A stretch of 45,074 nt of DNA from a virus. The translations under genes and the position numbers were made by a program. Shown here one piece after another: positions 43,539-45,074 of the stretch (the first letter of the stretch is position 1; every line of letters starts with the position of its first letter). The DNA is taken from IMG/VR virus record IMGVR_UViG_3300045988_027758; one strand, given 5' to 3'. The notes under the pieces were generated by a model. That model worked only from the letters and a program-made list of their open reading frames with translations, did not search any database and was not told the DNA's origin.

Positions 43539-43763
43539 ATGGCATACGATTATGCAAAGCTGAATGGTAAAATCGTTGAAAAGTGCGGTACACAGGCGGT
43601 ATTTGCTGAAAGAATGGGGCTTTCTGAAAGAACCATTTCGTTGAAGCTGAATAACAAGGTTGCATTTAAGCAGCCCGAAATTCAGAAAGCACTTCCGATT
43701 CTTGGACTTACTGAATCGGACATTCAGGCATATTTTTTTACTTTGAAAGTTCAAGATAATTGA
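43539..43763 (+). CDS. Small HTH DNA-binding protein (DUF739/Cro-like)
   Basis: AVFAERMGLSERTISLKLNNKVAFKQPE. Confidence 0.7.
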   Translation: MAYDYAKLNGKIVEKCGTQAVFAERMGLSERTISLKLNNKVAFKQPEIQKALPILGLTESDIQAYFFTLKVQDN

Positions 43764-43767
43764 ACTT
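43747..43767. promoter_or_regulatory. Distal operator-like palindrome
   Basis: AAGTTCAAgataaTTGAACTT, the same GTTCAA-N5-TTGAAC architecture as 41861-41877. Confidence 0.6.
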
Positions 43768-43790
43768 GATATAGAAAGGCGGTGAACAGG

Positions 43791-43982
43791 ATGAAGAAAA
43801 TTATTGAAGCCTGTATTGATCGAATTCTTGAATTCGACACACAGGAAGAAGCGGCTGAATACCTTGAAGCCTTACGGAACAAGAAAACCGCATTCCGCAT
43901 TGTGAACCGGGAAGCCGTGAACGGCAAGTACCGTATCAGGGTTCAGGAGCAGTACAACAAAAGCCCGATGATTTCCGGGTAA
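43791..43982 (+). CDS. Hypothetical protein (63 aa)
   Basis: ATG 43791, 6 nt after AAAGGCGGTG. Confidence 0.55.
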   Translation: MKKIIEACIDRILEFDTQEEAAEYLEALRNKKTAFRIVNREAVNGKYRIRVQEQYNKSPMISG

Positions 43983-44007
43983 TACAGCAAAGAAAGGATG
44001 AAGTGAA

Positions 44008-44430
44008 ATGACATTTTCAGAGAAATTGAAAAATCTTATGTCTGAATTGGGTTTGTCGCAGTCCAAACTTTCAGACCTGACCGGGATTGGTAAATCTTCT
44101 ATCAGTCAGTATCTTTCCGGGAAGAACGAACCTTCCAAAGACCGCAAGAAGGAAATTGCCCGTACCTTGGGCGTTCAGGACGATTACTTTGAACAGTTTG
44201 AACCCGCTGCAACGGTTCAGCATGGTTCGGCAATCAATGTTCCCGTTCCCCTTATTGCCCGCCTGATGGGGAAATCAAAGGAATTTGTAATGCAGGGGTT
44301 GCGTGATGGGGTTTTCCCGTGGGGCTATGCGGTAAAAATGAAGAATTGGAGTTACTTCATTTCTTCCGTGAAATTCACTGAATATACCGGGATTGAAATT
44401 CCCGTGAATGACTTAGGAAAGGCGGTTTAA
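44008..44430 (+). CDS. XRE-family HTH protein (140 aa)
   Basis: LGLSQSKLSDLTGIGKSSISQYLSGKNEPS. Confidence 0.75.
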   Translation: MTFSEKLKNLMSELGLSQSKLSDLTGIGKSSISQYLSGKNEPSKDRKKEIARTLGVQDDYFEQFEPAATVQHGSAINVPVPLIARLMGKSKEFVMQGLRDGVFPWGYAVKMKNWSYFISSVKFTEYTGIEIPVNDLGKAV

Positions 44431-44434
44431 GAGT

Positions 44435-45074
44435 ATGAACGAAATTATCAAAGGGTTCAAGGTGTTCAATCCTGATTGGACTTGCAGCCCTAACAGGAAC
44501 ACGAAACAGTACACTTGCCCCGGCAAATTTGAAGAAGATGTTACCCCGGTTCGGTGCGGACAGGGAATGCACTTCTGCAAAGCGGCGGCTGACTGCTTCA
44601 ATTATTACGATTTCAACCCGGATAACCATGTTGCGGAAGTAGCAGCATACGGAACGGTTGTTGAAGAAGGCGATAAGTGCGCCACTAATAAGCTGGAAAT
44701 CATCCGTGAAATTCCGTGGGCTGAACTGCTTGAAATGGTGAATACCGGGAAAGGTTGCGCCGGACTTTGCAACAGCGGCAATCGGAACAGCGGCGATTGG
44801 AACAGCGGCAATCGGAACAGCGGCGATTGCAACAGCGGCGATTGGAACAGCGGCAATCGGAACAGCGGCAATCGGAACAGCGGCGATTGGAACAGCGGCA
44901 ATCGGAACAGCGGCGATTGGAACAGCGGCAATCGGAACAGCGGCGATTGGAACAGCGGCAATCGGAACAGCGGCGATTGCAACAGCGGCGATTGGAACAG
45001 CGGCAATCGGAACAGCGGCAATCGGAACAGCGGCGATTGGAACAGCGGCAATCGGAACAGCGGCGATTGGAACA
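44435..45074 (+). CDS. Pentapeptide-repeat protein, N-terminal part (continues at nt 67 after removal of the 66-nt overlap; 332 aa in total)
   Basis: ATG 44435. N-terminal domain of about 110 aa (MNEIIKGFKVFNPDWTC...), then 20 pentapeptides NSGNR/NSGDW/NSGDC. Open to the window end and in frame with 3..425. Confidence 0.8.
   Translation, partial: MNEIIKGFKVFNPDWTCSPNRNTKQYTCPGKFEEDVTPVRCGQGMHFCKAAADCFNYYDFNPDNHVAEVAAYGTVVEEGDKCATNKLEIIREIPWAELLEMVNTGKGCAGLCNSGNRNSGDWNSGNRNSGDCNSGDWNSGNRNSGNRNSGDWNSGNRNSGDWNSGNRNSGDWNSGNRNSGDCNSGDWNSGNRNSGNRNSGDWNSGNRNSGDWN
44771..45070 (+). repeat. Perfect tandem coding repeat: 15-nt units organised as 2 x 150 nt
   Basis: Units N=aacagcggcaatcgg, W=aacagcggcgattgg, C=aacagcggcgattgc. 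The order NWNCWNNWNW occurs twice with no mismatch. Confidence 0.95.

Larger units (their letters stand above)
1..45074. mobile_element. Complete temperate phage genome (contractile tail, PBSX/Xkd-like tail module), circular molecule linearised inside a repeat gene
   Basis: nt 1-66 are identical to nt 45009-45074. Full lysogeny, replication, packaging, head, tail, DGR and lysis modules are present. All genes are on the + strand except int, an 89-aa gene and the repressor. Confidence 0.85.

Noticed and set aside
44605-45051. Minus-strand 148-aa ORF (PLFQSPLFRLPLF...), and the possibility that the 15/30-nt repeats are a CRISPR array
   Set aside because: It is the antisense shadow of the pentapeptide-repeat gene. 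The repeats are contiguous with no unique spacers and are in frame with a + strand gene that has a proper start and C-terminal domain.

Overview
The window is essentially one complete temperate phage genome of about 45.0 kb. It was assembled as a circle and linearised inside a repeat gene: nt 1-66 are identical to nt 45009-45074. Strong GGAGG/GGCGGTG-type ribosome-binding sites and the SPOR/CW_7 endolysin suggest a Bacillota (probably Clostridia) host.

Modules in order:
- Early/replication, + strand: SNF2 helicase, membrane-anchored lytic transglycosylase, VRR-NUC nuclease, Cas4-like nuclease fused to a Sak4-like ATPase, DUF669 protein, small family-B DNA polymerase, primase-polymerase/D5-type helicase, orphan N6-adenine methyltransferase, HD hydrolase, ADP-ribosylglycohydrolase.
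- A 315-nt repeat-rich intergenic region, then a DUF1492-type late regulator.
- Packaging and head: terS, terL, portal, gp7/MuF head protein carrying a C-terminal ADP-ribosyltransferase domain, scaffold, major capsid protein, connectors.
- PBSX/Xkd-like contractile tail: sheath, tube, frameshifted chaperone, tape measure, baseplate.
- A tail fibre whose 3' end is the variable repeat of a diversity-generating retroelement (DGR). The template repeat (TR) and a DGR-type reverse transcriptase follow immediately downstream, and no Avd gene is present.
- Holin and endolysin, then a candidate attP region.
- Minus strand: integrase, an 89-aa moron and an XRE repressor.
- A divergent-promoter genetic switch and an early operon of small proteins: a SprT-like protease, HTH proteins and a pentapeptide-repeat protein that spans the linearisation point.

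The most notable findings:
- The Avd-less DGR: 30 of 30 TR/VR differences fall on TR adenines.
- A virion ADP-ribosyltransferase paired with a stand-alone ADP-ribosylglycohydrolase.
- A (GA)7 tract at the 5' end of the methyltransferase.
- A candidate antisense sRNA of about 80 nt next to int, bounded by a promoter and a terminator.
- Shared repeat motifs in two intergenic regions.
- A perfectly duplicated 150-nt coding repeat.

No tRNA, rRNA or CRISPR array was seen.
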